Notes: a model not told the origin generated them from the letters alone. Positions 48,462 to 60,345 are shown, counted from the first letter of the stretch. The stretch: DNA of 64,000 bases from Maricaulaceae bacterium (GCA_049607665.1 JBMYWT010000002.1:368-64367), one strand, 5' to 3'. Made by a program: numbers and translations.

Positions 48462-49250
48462 TTAATTTCGTACGGATGTGAGCCAAGTTTTGGGTGTCAT
48501 GCCATAGGTTTTTTTGAATTGTCGTCCAGAATGACTTTGGTCGGAAAAGCCACAATTTACAGCCGTCCTCGCCAAGGTGTCTCCAGAGAGCAACATTGAG
48601 CGGGCTTGTTCTAATCTTCGTAGGGTTTTGTATCTGTAAGGACTTGTTCCAAACGCGGCTCGAAAGTCTCTGGATAACTGCCATCGATCTTGCCTTGAAA
48701 CATGCTCAAGGTCATCCAATGTTAGATCGTCATCAAGAGTTTCATCTATGTAACGGCGGGCGATTTCGGCCGCTTTATAATTAAAGATCTGCTTCGTGGA
48801 ATGTTGCCCCGATAAAGTGCTCAGGGTTGTTGCCAGATCATAGATCGCATCTTGGCATTGAAGATTGCTCAAAGGCGTTTCAAAGTCACAGAGCAAGGGT
48901 GTCAGTATCGCCCATAGCCGCGTGTCAAAAGATACTCCGCCTTTGATAAAAGGGAGAGCTTGGCCTCTCAAAACCCCCTGTATCGCGGAGGGGCGTATGT
49001 ATAACGTTTTATATCTGAAGCCTTCATTCGTACCAGCGCGGCCATCATGCAATTCGTCCGGGTGTAAAATAACCATTTGACCAGGTTGGGAATGCATAGT
49101 CGCGCCCCGATAATCAAATGTTTGGATGCCATGAAGCGTTACGCCGACGGCATAAGTGTCATGGCGGTGCGGTGTATAGGCCGCCCCATGAAAAGAGCCT
49201 TCCAGACGATCCAGAAATCCTGGAGCTCGTGATACCCAGTTTTTTTCCAT
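48462..49250 (-). CDS. AraC-family transcriptional regulator
   Basis: An N-terminal cupin-like sensor (HRHDTYAVGV...ILHPDELHDG) and a C-terminal double HTH (...IAVNCGFSDQSHSGRQFKKTYGMTP). Confidence 0.85.
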   Translation of the reverse strand: MEKNWVSRAPGFLDRLEGSFHGAAYTPHRHDTYAVGVTLHGIQTFDYRGATMHSQPGQMVILHPDELHDGRAGTNEGFRYKTLYIRPSAIQGVLRGQALPFIKGGVSFDTRLWAILTPLLCDFETPLSNLQCQDAIYDLATTLSTLSGQHSTKQIFNYKAAEIARRYIDETLDDDLTLDDLEHVSRQDRWQLSRDFRAAFGTSPYRYKTLRRLEQARSMLLSGDTLARTAVNCGFSDQSHSGRQFKKTYGMTPKTWLTSVRN

Positions 49251-49410
49251 TTTTTAGACGTGCTCAACGTGACCTATTCAAATCTTATATCTGTGCTTAG
49301 TTTTATTCGCAGTCATTGAGGCGCCGACTTGTTTGATTTGGATGTTCTGCGTCCAATAAATATACCGAGTTTGCTAAATGGCACGCTCAGCCTATCGCGT
49401 TTTTCTAATG

Positions 49411-49434
49411 CCGCCGCCTTAATTAAGGCGGCGG
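49411..49434 (-). terminator. perfect 24-nt GC-rich palindrome downstream of the DUF885 pair (terminator-like hairpin)
   Basis: CCGCCGCCTTAATTAAGGCGGCGG lies 22 nt after the stop at 49456. There is no clear U-tract on the minus strand, so function is uncertain. Confidence 0.35.
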
Positions 49435-49455
49435 TTATTGGGCGGGGCCCAAGTT

Positions 49456-51300
49456 TTATTTGCTCGCGACCCATGCGTCGACGCGTTCTTCTAGGATGCT
49501 AAGCGGGACGGGGCCGGAGGCTAGGACGACTTCGTGATATTCGCCGAGGTCAAACTTTTCGCCAAGCTTTTCTTTGGCTTCTTCGCGAAGGTGCTGAATT
49601 TTGATCATGCCGATCTTATAGGCTGTCGCTTGGCCGGGCATAACGATGTAGCGCTCTGTGGCTTTGACGATATCGGACAGGGCGTTGGGCGTGTTCTCTA
49701 CGTGATAATCAATGACTTGCTCGCGCGTCCATTTTTTATCGTGAAGGCCCGTATCAACGACGAGGCGAACCGCGCGCCAAAGCTCCATGGAAAGTCGTCC
49801 GAAATCGGAATAGGGATTAGAATAAAAACCCATCTCTTTGGGGAGGAATTCTGAGTACAGACCCCAGCCTTCGGTATAGGCCGTCACGCCGCCATATTTG
49901 CGGAATTTAGGCACGTTCTCTAGCTCTTGCGAAATCGAGAGCTGCATGTGGTGGCCCGGAATGCCTTCGTGATAGGCGAGGGCTTCCATTTGGTATTTCG
50001 GCATGGCTTTGATGTCATAGAGATTGGCGTAGTAAATGCCGGGGCGAGAGCCATCGGGCGCGGGGCGATTATAGAACGCTTTGCCCGCAGATTTCTCGCG
50101 GAAGGCCTCAACGCGGCGCACATCAAGCTCGGCTTTAGGTAGGCGCTTGAACACTTCGGGGAGGCGCTCTTTCATCGTGTTAATCATATCGGTGGCATCG
50201 GCCAAATAGGCGTCGCGGCCCGCATCGCTATCTTCATATGTGAACTGCGGATCGGTGAGCAAATATTTGAAAAACTCTTGCAGCGTGCCTTCAAATCCAA
50301 CCTTTGTCATAATGGCGCGCATTTCATTTTGAATGCGTTCAACTTCGGCAAGGCCAAGGTCGTGAATTTCATCCGCGCTCATATCGGTCGTCGTAATCAT
50401 GCCTAGGCGGTATTTATAAAAGGCCTCACCATCAGGAAGTTTCCAAACGCCGTCATCTGTAGTGGACGTTGCTTTTTGTGTTTCCATCACAGAGATAAGG
50501 TTCTCATAGGCCGGAAGCACAGAGGTCATAAGCGCGCTTACCGCGTCGGCCGTAAGCTGTTTTTGTGTTTCCGCATCAAGCTCTAGTGATGCAATTTTTT
50601 TCTGGATGTCGCCCAAGAGCAAGCTTGGCTCTTCCGTGTCTTCAAAGGGCGCGCCTGTGATAATGTTTTGGGCGTCGCGAATAACGTGATCGAAGACAAA
50701 TGTCGGCGGGATTATGCCTTTCTCGGCAGAGACTTTGGCGCGCGCCACATAGCCGTCCATCGCGTCTTTCATGCCTTCGAGGCGGGCAATGTAATCGCGC
50801 GCATCTTGTTCGTCGGCAACGCGGTGGAAGTTAAGCATAAAGGTGGCCATGCCGCTTTGGCGTCCGCCCATTTGGTTGAACGGATAGCCATGGTAAAACC
50901 ACTTGTCGCTATCGATGCCATTTTTCAGGTCACGCTCAAATAAGCGGTAAGAGAGCTGATGATCTTCGTCCATTTTCGCCATGTCAAACGTGCTGCTAAG
51001 CTCAGCAAGGGTGGCTTTGGCGGCCTCAACTTGCGCCAGCGCAAATTCACGGCTGGGATCATTCCATTCTGTCGTGCGCTTTTTAATGCCCAAAAACGCC
51101 ATGGACTCTGGGTAGTTCGCAACTTCGCTTTGGAATTGTTCTTCGAGCCAATTGTCAAAGCGCTTGTTCTCTGCGTCTTGAGAAACTTCGGCGGCGGGCG
51201 CGGCCATCGTCTCTTGCGCGGCTTCCATAGCGGTTTTGCCGTCATTCTGACAGCCGGATAGAATTAACGCCGTGCTGGCGAGTAAAAGAAGTTTTTTCAT
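49456..51300 (-). CDS. DUF885-family lipoprotein (putative metallopeptidase-like)
   Basis: Lipobox MKKLLLLASTALILSGC. Conserved EAFYNRPAPDGSRPGIYYANL and YHEGIPGHHMQ. The start was set at MKKLL (51300); the ORF is open to 51342. Confidence 0.85.
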   Translation of the reverse strand: MKKLLLLASTALILSGCQNDGKTAMEAAQETMAAPAAEVSQDAENKRFDNWLEEQFQSEVANYPESMAFLGIKKRTTEWNDPSREFALAQVEAAKATLAELSSTFDMAKMDEDHQLSYRLFERDLKNGIDSDKWFYHGYPFNQMGGRQSGMATFMLNFHRVADEQDARDYIARLEGMKDAMDGYVARAKVSAEKGIIPPTFVFDHVIRDAQNIITGAPFEDTEEPSLLLGDIQKKIASLELDAETQKQLTADAVSALMTSVLPAYENLISVMETQKATSTTDDGVWKLPDGEAFYKYRLGMITTTDMSADEIHDLGLAEVERIQNEMRAIMTKVGFEGTLQEFFKYLLTDPQFTYEDSDAGRDAYLADATDMINTMKERLPEVFKRLPKAELDVRRVEAFREKSAGKAFYNRPAPDGSRPGIYYANLYDIKAMPKYQMEALAYHEGIPGHHMQLSISQELENVPKFRKYGGVTAYTEGWGLYSEFLPKEMGFYSNPYSDFGRLSMELWRAVRLVVDTGLHDKKWTREQVIDYHVENTPNALSDIVKATERYIVMPGQATAYKIGMIKIQHLREEAKEKLGEKFDLGEYHEVVLASGPVPLSILEERVDAWVASK

Positions 51301-51301
51301 C

Positions 51302-53137
51302 TTATTCCCCTCTGGTCTTGCTGGCGGTCCAATCCGCGACAAGTTCTTCTAAGATAGTGAGCGGAACAGAACCGCTCGCGAGTATAACGTCGTGAAATTC
51401 TCTTATATCGAATTTCTCGCCAAGTTCTAGCTCCGCATTTTTGCGAAGTTCTTGGATTTTAAGCATGCCAATTTTATAGGCCGTAGCCTGACCAGGCCAG
51501 ACGATATAGCGGTCAATTTCCGCGCGGACGTCGCCTTCGGGATTTGGGATATTATCAAGATAATATTGCACGGCCTCTTCGCGCGTCCACTTTTTGGCGT
51601 GAATACCTGTGTCTACGACAAGGCGCGCGGCGCGGAAAATCTCCATAGAGAGTCGCCCGAAATCCATATAGGGATCTGTGTAAAGGCCAAGTTCCTTGGG
51701 CACGCTTTCGGAATAAAGCGCCCAGCCTTCAACATAACTCGTGTGTCCGCCAAGCGTTCGAAATTTGGGAAGGCCTTGAAGCTCCATCGCTATGGCGATC
51801 TGCATATGATGCCCCGGAATGCCTTCATGATAGGCGAGGGCCTGCATGAGATATTTAGGCTGATCTTTAATGTCGCGCAGATTGATATAATATGTACCGG
51901 GGCGGGAGCCATCTAGCGCGGGTTGATCATAAAACGCGCCAAAGGCGGTGTCTTCGCGAAAGGCCTCAACGCGTTTAACGATCATATCGGCTTGGGGCTT
52001 GGTGATAAACAAATCATCAAGCTGCGCTTTCATCTCGTTAATCATCGCCGTGGCATCGGCAATATAGGCGGCGCGTCCGGCGTCATCGTCAGAATAGACA
52101 AATTTGGGATCTGTGCGCAGGTGATCGTAAAAAGCCTTTAAGTCGCCTTCAAAGCCCACTTGGGTCATGATGGCGCGCATTTCGTCTTGGATGCGAGCAA
52201 CCTCTTTTAGGCCAATTTCATGAATTTCATCTGCGGTTAGATCGGTTGTAGTATAGTGCTTCAGGCGGGCTTGATAAAACTCGGCCCCCTTGGGGAGCTT
52301 CCACGCCCCGTCATCTGCGCTGCTGCTTTCTTTGTGGCGCGTGAAGAGATCGATCAGATTTTCATAGGCTGGCCCGACATGTTCGGTTAACGCCGCATTT
52401 GCGTCTTGGATAAGCGCAGTTCTCTCGTCATTACTGAGTTCAATACGTTCAATCTTGGATTTGAAATCTGCCAATAGTGGGCTGTCTTCACCATCGGTAA
52501 ACGGGCGGCCTTTGATGATGTTTTCTGCTGTGGGCGTGATTTTGTCATAAACAAATTTGGGGAGGGAAACGCCGGCTTCAAATTGTGCTTCGGCTTTATC
52601 CGCCATTTGCCCAAGATAGGCATCAAATTCAGATAGGCGGGCAATGTAATCTTCGGCGTCAAATAGGCTGTCGATGGCGTGAAAGTTGATCATGAATGTC
52701 GGCAGATCAGAATGCGGGCCACTCATATGTTCAAAAATATATTGATGATCGCTATAGGCGTGGGACGAAAGCTGATCTTCGGCGTCATGTTCAAACAGGC
52801 GGTAAGAAAGCGCGGTCTGCGCGTCGAGGCGATTGAGGTCAAAACGCTCGCGCATCTCAAACAGCCATTGCTGCGTTAGGGCCGCGTCTTCGTCATTCGC
52901 CATTTGTGAGACGTCGTCAAGAAAACTCGCCGCACCTTTCTCTCCGTAATAAGTTTGGAGCATCGGTGAGCGCGTAAGGTCATCTTGAAATCGTTCTTCA
53001 AGCCAATCGTTAAGTGCGGCGCTCTCATTGACTATTAACTCCGCTTCACTTGTTTGTTGCGCGCTGGGGGCTTCACAGGCTGATAAAAGAAAAGCGGCTG
53101 TTAAGCATGAGGATATCAGGAGAGTTGTGATGCGCAT
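51302..53137 (-). CDS. DUF885-family lipoprotein, tandem paralogue
   Basis: Lipobox LLSAC. It is collinear with the downstream copy (GAFYDQPALDGSRPGTYYINL, YHEGIPGHHMQ). Its stop lies 1 nt from the start of the next copy. Confidence 0.85.
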   Translation of the reverse strand: MRITTLLISSCLTAAFLLSACEAPSAQQTSEAELIVNESAALNDWLEERFQDDLTRSPMLQTYYGEKGAASFLDDVSQMANDEDAALTQQWLFEMRERFDLNRLDAQTALSYRLFEHDAEDQLSSHAYSDHQYIFEHMSGPHSDLPTFMINFHAIDSLFDAEDYIARLSEFDAYLGQMADKAEAQFEAGVSLPKFVYDKITPTAENIIKGRPFTDGEDSPLLADFKSKIERIELSNDERTALIQDANAALTEHVGPAYENLIDLFTRHKESSSADDGAWKLPKGAEFYQARLKHYTTTDLTADEIHEIGLKEVARIQDEMRAIMTQVGFEGDLKAFYDHLRTDPKFVYSDDDAGRAAYIADATAMINEMKAQLDDLFITKPQADMIVKRVEAFREDTAFGAFYDQPALDGSRPGTYYINLRDIKDQPKYLMQALAYHEGIPGHHMQIAIAMELQGLPKFRTLGGHTSYVEGWALYSESVPKELGLYTDPYMDFGRLSMEIFRAARLVVDTGIHAKKWTREEAVQYYLDNIPNPEGDVRAEIDRYIVWPGQATAYKIGMLKIQELRKNAELELGEKFDIREFHDVILASGSVPLTILEELVADWTASKTRGE

Positions 53138-53301
53138 AGTTGTCCCTTTTCTTTATATCTTAAGGGGCAAAACAAAAATTAAAAGCTCAGCTTTTACACA
53201 TATTCAAGAAATTCGGTTCTTTGAGGGGGGATAGATTAGAATATTATGCTGGAAAGTAATTTCTATGAGAATATATTTTCAAATATGCCTAGACTTCGTC
53301 C

Positions 53302-55884
53302 ATGACATCTATGATTCGCGCAGACAAAGAGGAAACGCTTGACGCTATGCCTGAGGGTATTCGTGAAACACGCAGCGTTTATGGTGTTGTTGTTGCATCT
53401 GCTTTTTTTGTAATCGCAGGGTTTGCAGTTCTTGCCTCTTTATATGCCAGAAATTTTGGTCTTCCAATTTTGCTCTTACATATTGCTATCTTGGCAATTT
53501 CGGTATTGTGCATGCTGTTTGTTTTATCACAACAGGCGAAAAGCCAAAATATTCAAGATGATGTGAAGCATTATTATCAAGACGCTTTCGAAAATCTTGC
53601 AGAGGCCAGTTTAATTACGCATGGCGGGCGACCTGTCAAAGCAAATGCTGCCTATATGGCTCTCGCAGAGCATTTTGGCGCGATTGGCGTAAGTGGTAAT
53701 CCGCCTACAGTTGATCGATTATTCGTAAGCCAAAGTGAAGAGGCGGCTCCGGCTATTTTTCGGCTTTCGCATGTATCGGAAAACACGGAACGAACAGAAG
53801 AGACGATAGATGTCATCGACCCGCATCGGCAGCTCCTGCGGTATAAGATCAGCGTTAAATGTCTGGGTGACGCGCAGTTCTGGCAAGTCAGCGCCGTGCA
53901 AGACACAGCCGAACCTAGCGTGCTTACACAGGCGCCTATCGGGTTGTTTACGGCCAATGATGAGGGGCATATCTTGGCGGCCAATTCAACCTTGCTGCGG
54001 TGGATCGGTAATGAGGCCGACACGCCGCCAAAGTTCTTGCAAGAATTTATCGAAAACCCTGAAATGTTATTGGAGACGCCCAAGTCTTCGGGACGGATAA
54101 TGCGCGGGGATACGCGCCTGATTTCCTCCAAAGGGTTGGTTTCGCCGATTGTAATGACGGGTAGCTGGCAAGAGCTGGCGACGGGACGCTTTGTGGTGAA
54201 TGTCGCCCTTTATGGACATACGGGAATTTCTCGCGACAATGCCGCTGCGCAAGAAGAGTCCCAAGCCACGCAAATGCCGTCTGCGCATATGGCCACTGGC
54301 CCCGCCGCCGAAGCCCGCGCCGCCTTTTACGAAGACAGCTTTAACGCTGCGCCTATGGGTATATTGAACTTACGCGGAAATGTGATCGGGCAGTCCATCA
54401 TTCAATATAACAATCCATCATTTGCCAAAATTTGCGGCGGTACGTTGCGCAAGCAAATGCAGTTCTCGGCTGTTTTTGCCTTGCCATCAACGCCGTCTAT
54501 GGGCGGGGAGAGCGGCGGAGATAAAAACTTCCTGAATTTATCCTCAGGGCAATGCGATTCTGGACGGGCCTATGAAGCCATATTGCGGGGCCGCGAAAAT
54601 ATTCCGGTCAATATTTACTTCGTCCAAGATATGCATAATCCAGATATTTGCTGGGCCTATGTACTGGATATCAGCGCGCGTAAATCGCTTGAGGATCAAC
54701 TCGTTCAGAGTCAAAAAATGCAGGCCATCGGGCAGCTCGCGGCGGGCGTGGCACATGACTTTAATAATCTCCTCACCGCGATCCGCCTTAACACGGATGA
54801 GCTATTGGGTCGCCATCCCGTCGGCGATCCATCCTATCCAGAGCTGCAAAAAATCAATGGCACGGTTAGCCGCGCAGCGGGCCTTGTGAAAAAGCTTCTC
54901 GCGTTCTCTCGCCGTCAAACCCGCCGCGCCGAAGTGTTGAACGTTACAGAAACGCTCTCTGATATGGTGGTGACGCTTAAACAAACGATTGGCGAGCGGA
55001 TTAAACTTAATGTTGTCCATGGCCGCGCTTTGCCGTCTATCATGGCCGATAAAACGCAGATTGATACGATCTTGATGAACCTTTGCGTCAACGCCCGCGA
55101 CGCGATGGGCGACCAAGGCGGGGCAATTACGATCTCCAGCACGGATATGTTCTTCCGCGATATGGGCGACGATGAACCTATTGCCGCCCTGCAGCAAACT
55201 GGCCGAGATCATTTCATCCGTATCTCTGTGAAGGATACAGGCACAGGCATGACCGATGAGGTGAAGGCCAAAATCTTTGAACCGTTCTTTACGACCAAAG
55301 ACGTCGGCAAGGGCACAGGTCTTGGCCTTGCCACGGTCTACGGCATTGTCGAGCAGTCTGGCGGCGTCATGGACGTACAAAGCCGGCTAGGGCAGGGCGC
55401 GACCTTCCGCCTTTACTTCCCTGTTGCCGACATCGAGAACATGCCAGAGGCAAGTGCGCCCACGCCTAAGCCGGCCTCCGCGCCGCGTCCGCCGTCTGAT
55501 TTGGCAGGGCAGGGCACGATCTTGTTTGTTGAAGATGAGGCGTCTGTGCGCACTATTGCGGCCAAAACACTTCGCAAGCGGGGTTATAAAGTTATTGAGG
55601 CCGAGGACGGCGAAGAGGCTTATGAAATCCTCGAGGACGGCGAAGAGGTTTTCGATTTGATGATCTCCGATGTTGTCATGCCAGGCATGGACGGGCCGAG
55701 CCTTCTTAAGAAAGGCCGGGCTTTGTTGGGTGATGCGAGAATCGTTTTCATATCGGGATACGCGCAAGAAGAATTTTCTGACCTTCTCTCCGAAGAACCT
55801 GACGTTACCTTCCTCCCCAAGCCCTTCACACTCGCACAATTGGCCGAAAAGGTGAAAGCAGAAATTGGCGAAAGTGAAGCTTAA
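53302..55884 (+). CDS. hybrid sensor histidine kinase/response regulator (CckA-like architecture)
   Basis: Two N-terminal TM helices and a long PAS-like middle region. The H-box is [18 protein letters not shown], with N and G boxes ([23 protein letters not shown]). The C-terminal receiver is ILFVEDE...[12 protein letters not shown]...KPF. The architecture resembles CckA, but I cannot prove orthology. Confidence 0.88.
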   Translation: MTSMIRADKEETLDAMPEGIRETRSVYGVVVASAFFVIAGFAVLASLYARNFGLPILLLHIAILAISVLCMLFVLSQQAKSQNIQDDVKHYYQDAFENLAEASLITHGGRPVKANAAYMALAEHFGAIGVSGNPPTVDRLFVSQSEEAAPAIFRLSHVSENTERTEETIDVIDPHRQLLRYKISVKCLGDAQFWQVSAVQDTAEPSVLTQAPIGLFTANDEGHILAANSTLLRWIGNEADTPPKFLQEFIENPEMLLETPKSSGRIMRGDTRLISSKGLVSPIVMTGSWQELATGRFVVNVALYGHTGISRDNAAAQEESQATQMPSAHMATGPAAEARAAFYEDSFNAAPMGILNLRGNVIGQSIIQYNNPSFAKICGGTLRKQMQFSAVFALPSTPSMGGESGGDKNFLNLSSGQCDSGRAYEAILRGRENIPVNIYFVQDMHNPDICWAYVLDISARKSLEDQLVQSQKMQAIGQLAAGVAHDFNNLLTAIRLNTDELLGRHPVGDPSYPELQKINGTVSRAAGLVKKLLAFSRRQTRRAEVLNVTETLSDMVVTLKQTIGERIKLNVVHGRALPSIMADKTQIDTILMNLCVNARDAMGDQGGAITISSTDMFFRDMGDDEPIAALQQTGRDHFIRISVKDTGTGMTDEVKAKIFEPFFTTKDVGKGTGLGLATVYGIVEQSGGVMDVQSRLGQGATFRLYFPVADIENMPEASAPTPKPASAPRPPSDLAGQGTILFVEDEASVRTIAAKTLRKRGYKVIEAEDGEEAYEILEDGEEVFDLMISDVVMPGMDGPSLLKKGRALLGDARIVFISGYAQEEFSDLLSEEPDVTFLPKPFTLAQLAEKVKAEIGESEA

Positions 55885-55916
55885 GTGTCTGTAATTAATA
55901 CATATATGAAATATAT

Positions 55917-55931
55917 GTTCCAATTTTGTTC
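55917..55931 (+). promoter_or_regulatory. alphaproteobacterial SOS (LexA) box GTTC-N7-GTTC upstream of recA
   Basis: GTTCcaattttGTTC at 55917-55931, about 117 bp upstream of the recA ATG. An imperfect second copy GAAC-N7-GTAC sits at 55950-55964. Confidence 0.6.
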
Positions 55932-56047
55932 TTTTTTCTTGATGGATCGGAACAAAAAGAGTACATCATCTTTACGGCAGTCCATTCGCAGCCGTAATTT
56001 CAATGTGATAATCGAAGGGCTCCGATTATCCTCGCTGGAGTTAAATC

Positions 56048-57151
56048 ATGGCCAGAAAATCAAGCACACCTCTTACTGTCGTGGGTAAAGCCACAGATAA
56101 AAATAAATCCGCTGCTCTCGAAGCGGCACTCGGTCAAATCGACCGTGCCTTCGGAAAAGGCTCAGTCATGAAAATGGGCCAAAAGGCTGCAATGGATGTT
56201 GCGGCTGTTTCAACGGGGTCTATTGGCCTTGATATCGCGCTCGGCATAGGCGGCCTGCCCAAAGGCCGTATCATCGAAATTTACGGACCAGAAAGCTCAG
56301 GCAAGACGACATTGTCTTTGCACTGCGTGGCGGAAATTCAAAAAGAAGGCGGCGTTGCGGCCTTTATTGACGCGGAACACGCGCTTGACCCAACTTATGC
56401 GGCCAAGCTCGGCGTAGACGTCAATGAGCTATTGATCGCGCAGCCGGACACGGGTGAGCAGGGGCTTGAAATCGCCGATACATTGGTGCGCTCTGGCGCG
56501 GTTGATGTTCTTGTGATCGATTCGGTTGCGGCGCTAACGCCTCGCGCGGAACTTGAAGGTGATATGGGCGATAGCCTTCCCGGTCTTCAAGCTCGCTTGA
56601 TGAGCCAAGCTTTGCGGAAACTCACGGGTTCGATTTCAAAATCTGGCTGCATGGTGATCTTCATCAACCAAATCCGCATGAAAATCGGTGTGATGTACGG
56701 TTCACCTGAGACAACAACGGGCGGTAACGCGCTTAAGTTCTATTCTTCTGTACGTCTTGATATTCGTCGTATTGGCGCGATTAAATATCGTGACGAAGTT
56801 GTCGGCAATCAAACCCGCGTAAAGGTCGTGAAAAATAAAGTCGCGCCGCCGTTTCGCCAAGTTGAGTTTGATATTATGTATGGCGAAGGCATTTCCAAGA
56901 CAGGCGAACTTATTGATCTGGGTGTTACCGCTGGTATTATCGAAAAGTCTGGCTCTTGGTATTCATATGGCGAAGAACGTATTGGGCAAGGCCGCGAAAA
57001 TGTACGTAAATTCCTTAAAGATAATCCGGATATTGCCGATACGATTGAGCATAATATCCGTGCTGAACGCGGCCTTATCGAAGATGAGCTCCTCGTTGCA
57101 CCAGAAAAAGACGCAGAAGGCGAAGACCCTGAAGCCAAAGCCAGCGCATAA
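56048..57151 (+). CDS. recA: recombinase RecA
   Basis: Unmistakable RecA sequence ([63 protein letters not shown]). Confidence 0.97.
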   Translation: MARKSSTPLTVVGKATDKNKSAALEAALGQIDRAFGKGSVMKMGQKAAMDVAAVSTGSIGLDIALGIGGLPKGRIIEIYGPESSGKTTLSLHCVAEIQKEGGVAAFIDAEHALDPTYAAKLGVDVNELLIAQPDTGEQGLEIADTLVRSGAVDVLVIDSVAALTPRAELEGDMGDSLPGLQARLMSQALRKLTGSISKSGCMVIFINQIRMKIGVMYGSPETTTGGNALKFYSSVRLDIRRIGAIKYRDEVVGNQTRVKVVKNKVAPPFRQVEFDIMYGEGISKTGELIDLGVTAGIIEKSGSWYSYGEERIGQGRENVRKFLKDNPDIADTIEHNIRAERGLIEDELLVAPEKDAEGEDPEAKASA

Positions 57152-57203
57152 ATCGCTTGCTCACGGCTCGTTTAGAGCTGTTTAAATCAAATATATTTCA
57201 AAT

Positions 57204-57233
57204 GAGCGCTTGGCACTGCCGAGCGCTCTTTCT
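57204..57233 (+). terminator. terminator candidate after recA
   Basis: GAGCGCT (57204-57210) pairs with AGCGCTC (57222-57228) around an 11-nt loop, followed by TTTCT. Confidence 0.4.
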
Positions 57234-57292
57234 ATATCACGCCTATAGAATTTGGCGGATGATGACCTTCCGCCGTTGCAAGGACGTCGGAC

Positions 57293-59938
57293 ATGACCAG
57301 CTTACGCGATATCAGAAAACATTTCCTGACCTATTTCGAAGGTCAAGATCACAAGATCGCGCCATCTAGCGCGCTTGTCCCTGATAATGATCCTACGCTC
57401 CTGTTCACCAATGCGGGTATGGTGCAGTTCAAAGATTATTTCACAGGTTCGACAACGCCGGAGCACCGCCGCGCTGTGACGTCCCAAAAATGCGTACGGG
57501 CTGGCGGGAAACATAATGATTTGGATAATGTCGGTTACACCGCGCGTCACCACACATTTTTTGAAATGCTGGGGAACTTCTCATTCGGGGATTACTTTAA
57601 AGCTGACGCTATTGAATGGGCCTGGAACCTCATCACTAAAGATTTTGCGCTAGAAAAAGATAAGCTCCTCGTAACTGTTTACCATACAGATGACGAAGCT
57701 TTTGATCTTTGGAAAAAAATTGCAGGACTTAGTGATGATAAAATCATCCGTATCCCAACATCTGATAACTTCTGGGCGATGGGCGATACAGGTCCTTGCG
57801 GGCCGTGTTCCGAAATTTTCTTCGATCACGGCGATCATATCCCTGGCGGCCCTCCCGGTAGTCCCGATGAAGACGGCGACCGCTTCATTGAAATCTGGAA
57901 CCTTGTTTTCATGCAGTTCCAAAAATACGCTGACGGCCGTCAAGAAGATTTGCCTAAGCCCTCAATCGATACGGGCATGGGCCTTGAACGTCTAGCGGCT
58001 GTCCTTCAAGGTCAGCACGATAATTACGATATAGATTTGTTCAAAAACCTAATCGGCGCCTCTGTCGATTTGACAGGCGTCAAGGCCGAAGGTGACGCCA
58101 AATTCTCACATCGTGTCATCGCTGATCACCTGCGATCATGTTCGTTCCTCATGGCGGATGGCGTCTCGCCGTCCAATGAAGGACGCGGATATGTGCTTCG
58201 CCGCATTATGCGCCGCGCCATGCGTCACGCGCATATTTTGGGCGCCAAAGATCCGCTCATGCACCGCTTAGTGCCATCTCTGATGTCCGAAATGGGCGAT
58301 GCTTATCCTGAACTCGGCCGCGCGCAAGCCTCCATTGAGGCCACATTTGAGCAAGAAGAGGAACGCTTCCGCCGTACACTCGGGCGCGGTACGGCCTTAC
58401 TGGATGATGCTGTGGCCGATATGAAATCAGGCGATACGCTGGATGGTGAAACCGCGTTTAAACTCTATGATACATATGGTTTCCCGCTTGACCTGACGCA
58501 AGAAGCTTTGCGTTCCAAGGGGATCACAGTCGATCAAGGTGGTTTTGATACGGCAATGGCGCGCCAAAAAGAAATGGCGAAATCTGCCGGTTTTAAATCG
58601 GGCGACATGGGCACAGATGATATCTGGCTCGCTGCGCGAGATCTTCACGGCGCAAACGAATTTACAGGCTATGAGGATTTAGACGAAAGCTCCCTGATCC
58701 ATACGCTTGTTGTAGGCGGAGAAAACGTACCAACCGCGCAAGATTGCGACGTTATGTTCGTAACGCCTAAGACGCCATTTTACGCTGAAAGCGGCGGCCA
58801 AGCAGGCGACAAAGGCCGTGTTACATTTGAAAACGGCGCAGCTATCGCGATCACCGATGTTCAGAAAAAAGCGGGCGATTTGCATGTGCATATTGGGACG
58901 CTAACAGGTAAAATCGGTGTTGGCGACATGGCGAATTTATCTGTCGATGCAGATAACCGTGAACGCACGAAACGCAATCACTCTGCGGCGCATTTGATGC
59001 ACGAAGCTTTGCGCCGCGTACTTGGCCCGCATGTCACGCAAAAGGGGCAAATGGTCGACGGCGAACGCATTCGTTTTGATATTTCCCATGGCGGCGCAGT
59101 GACGCGAGAAGAATTGAAAACTGTCGAAAATCAAGTCAATCAAGTAATTTTGCAAAACGCCTCGACCGGTATGGAAATCATGAGTCCCGACGCGGCGATG
59201 GAAGCGGGCGCGATGGCTTTGTTCGGCGAAAAATATGGCGACGAAGTGCGGGTATTATCGCTCGGTGCGCCGATTGATGATGATCCCAAAGCCTACTCCG
59301 TAGAGCTTTGTGGCGGCACACATGTGGACCGAACAGGAGATATTGCTTTGTTTAAAATTCTCTCAGAAGGTGCGGTTGCGGCGGGTATTCGCCGCGTCGA
59401 GGCGGTCACGGGCGCAGAGGCGCGTACTTACCTTGAGGGACAGGCGAGCATTGCCCGCACGCTCGCGGATACACTGAAAGCCAAACCCGAAGACGTCCCC
59501 GCGCGCGTAAGTGCATTAATTGCAGAGCGCAAACAACTTGAGAAAGATTTATCCGAAGCCAAAAAGCAGCTCGCTATGGGCGGCGGCGGAGGTGCGGCGA
59601 GCGCTGAGGATATTGGCGGCGTACAAGTCATGGCGAAACTACTGGACGGCGTATCAGGCAAAGATTTGCGCTCTATGCTCAATGAGCAGCTCCAAGCGCT
59701 CGGTTCTGGGATTGTGGCATTCGTGGCGACGAATGAAGACAAGGTCGCCGTGGCGGTGGCTGTGTCTGATGATCTGACGGATAAATATTCGGCGGCGACC
59801 ATCGTCAACGCGGGCGCTGAGAAAGTTGGCGGGCGCGGCGGCGGTAAGCCTGGCATGGCGCAAGCGGGCGGCACGAACGTCGCGGGAGCAACGGATGCAC
59901 TCTCTGCGATTAAAGCGGCGATTGAGGCGGCAACCTAA
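57293..59938 (+). CDS. alaS: alanine--tRNA ligase
   Basis: 881 aa with the class II core ([30 protein letters not shown]), the editing-domain HSAAHLMH...CGGTH, and the C-terminal DHHA1 [12 protein letters not shown]. Confidence 0.96.
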   Translation: MTSLRDIRKHFLTYFEGQDHKIAPSSALVPDNDPTLLFTNAGMVQFKDYFTGSTTPEHRRAVTSQKCVRAGGKHNDLDNVGYTARHHTFFEMLGNFSFGDYFKADAIEWAWNLITKDFALEKDKLLVTVYHTDDEAFDLWKKIAGLSDDKIIRIPTSDNFWAMGDTGPCGPCSEIFFDHGDHIPGGPPGSPDEDGDRFIEIWNLVFMQFQKYADGRQEDLPKPSIDTGMGLERLAAVLQGQHDNYDIDLFKNLIGASVDLTGVKAEGDAKFSHRVIADHLRSCSFLMADGVSPSNEGRGYVLRRIMRRAMRHAHILGAKDPLMHRLVPSLMSEMGDAYPELGRAQASIEATFEQEEERFRRTLGRGTALLDDAVADMKSGDTLDGETAFKLYDTYGFPLDLTQEALRSKGITVDQGGFDTAMARQKEMAKSAGFKSGDMGTDDIWLAARDLHGANEFTGYEDLDESSLIHTLVVGGENVPTAQDCDVMFVTPKTPFYAESGGQAGDKGRVTFENGAAIAITDVQKKAGDLHVHIGTLTGKIGVGDMANLSVDADNRERTKRNHSAAHLMHEALRRVLGPHVTQKGQMVDGERIRFDISHGGAVTREELKTVENQVNQVILQNASTGMEIMSPDAAMEAGAMALFGEKYGDEVRVLSLGAPIDDDPKAYSVELCGGTHVDRTGDIALFKILSEGAVAAGIRRVEAVTGAEARTYLEGQASIARTLADTLKAKPEDVPARVSALIAERKQLEKDLSEAKKQLAMGGGGGAASAEDIGGVQVMAKLLDGVSGKDLRSMLNEQLQALGSGIVAFVATNEDKVAVAVAVSDDLTDKYSAATIVNAGAEKVGGRGGGKPGMAQAGGTNVAGATDALSAIKAAIEAAT

Positions 59939-60300
59939 TGAGCAGCGCGCATCATCACTTCAACTATATAGAATTACCAGCAACAGATGTTGCCGCAATG
60001 AAGGCGTTCTACACGAAAGTTTTCGGCTGGAGCTATGAAGATTACGGTCCGAGCTACGCCGCCATTATAGGCGCAGGCGTAGACGGCGGATTTGACGGCA
60101 ATGCGGGCGCGAGAAAACCCTCAGATCAAGGTGCGTTAGTCGTACTCTATTCCGATGATATCGCAGCCAGCGAGCAGGCTGTGATCGCCGCAGGCGGGCG
60201 GGTCAGTGTTCCTATATTTGATTTTCCGGGCGGGAAGCGGTTTCACTTTGTAGACCCAAGCGGCAATGAACTTGCGATTTGGACGGCTGGTGAAGAATAA
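59938..60300 (+). CDS. VOC-family (glyoxalase fold) protein
   Basis: 120 aa. FNYIELPATDVAAMKAFYTKVFGW...FVDPSGNELAIW. The ATG overlaps the alaS stop (TAATG). Confidence 0.75.
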   Translation: MSSAHHHFNYIELPATDVAAMKAFYTKVFGWSYEDYGPSYAAIIGAGVDGGFDGNAGARKPSDQGALVVLYSDDIAASEQAVIAAGGRVSVPIFDFPGGKRFHFVDPSGNELAIWTAGEE

Positions 60301-60345
60301 TCTCTTCGTCATTGTTTCGCCTTTATAGCGGATTATCTGCGCCTT

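Noticed and set aside
48409-48684. A 91-aa minus-strand ORF overlapping the AraC gene's 3' end in another frame
   Set aside because: The AraC frame carries the conserved double HTH across this region. The alternative frame has no motif and no independent start context.
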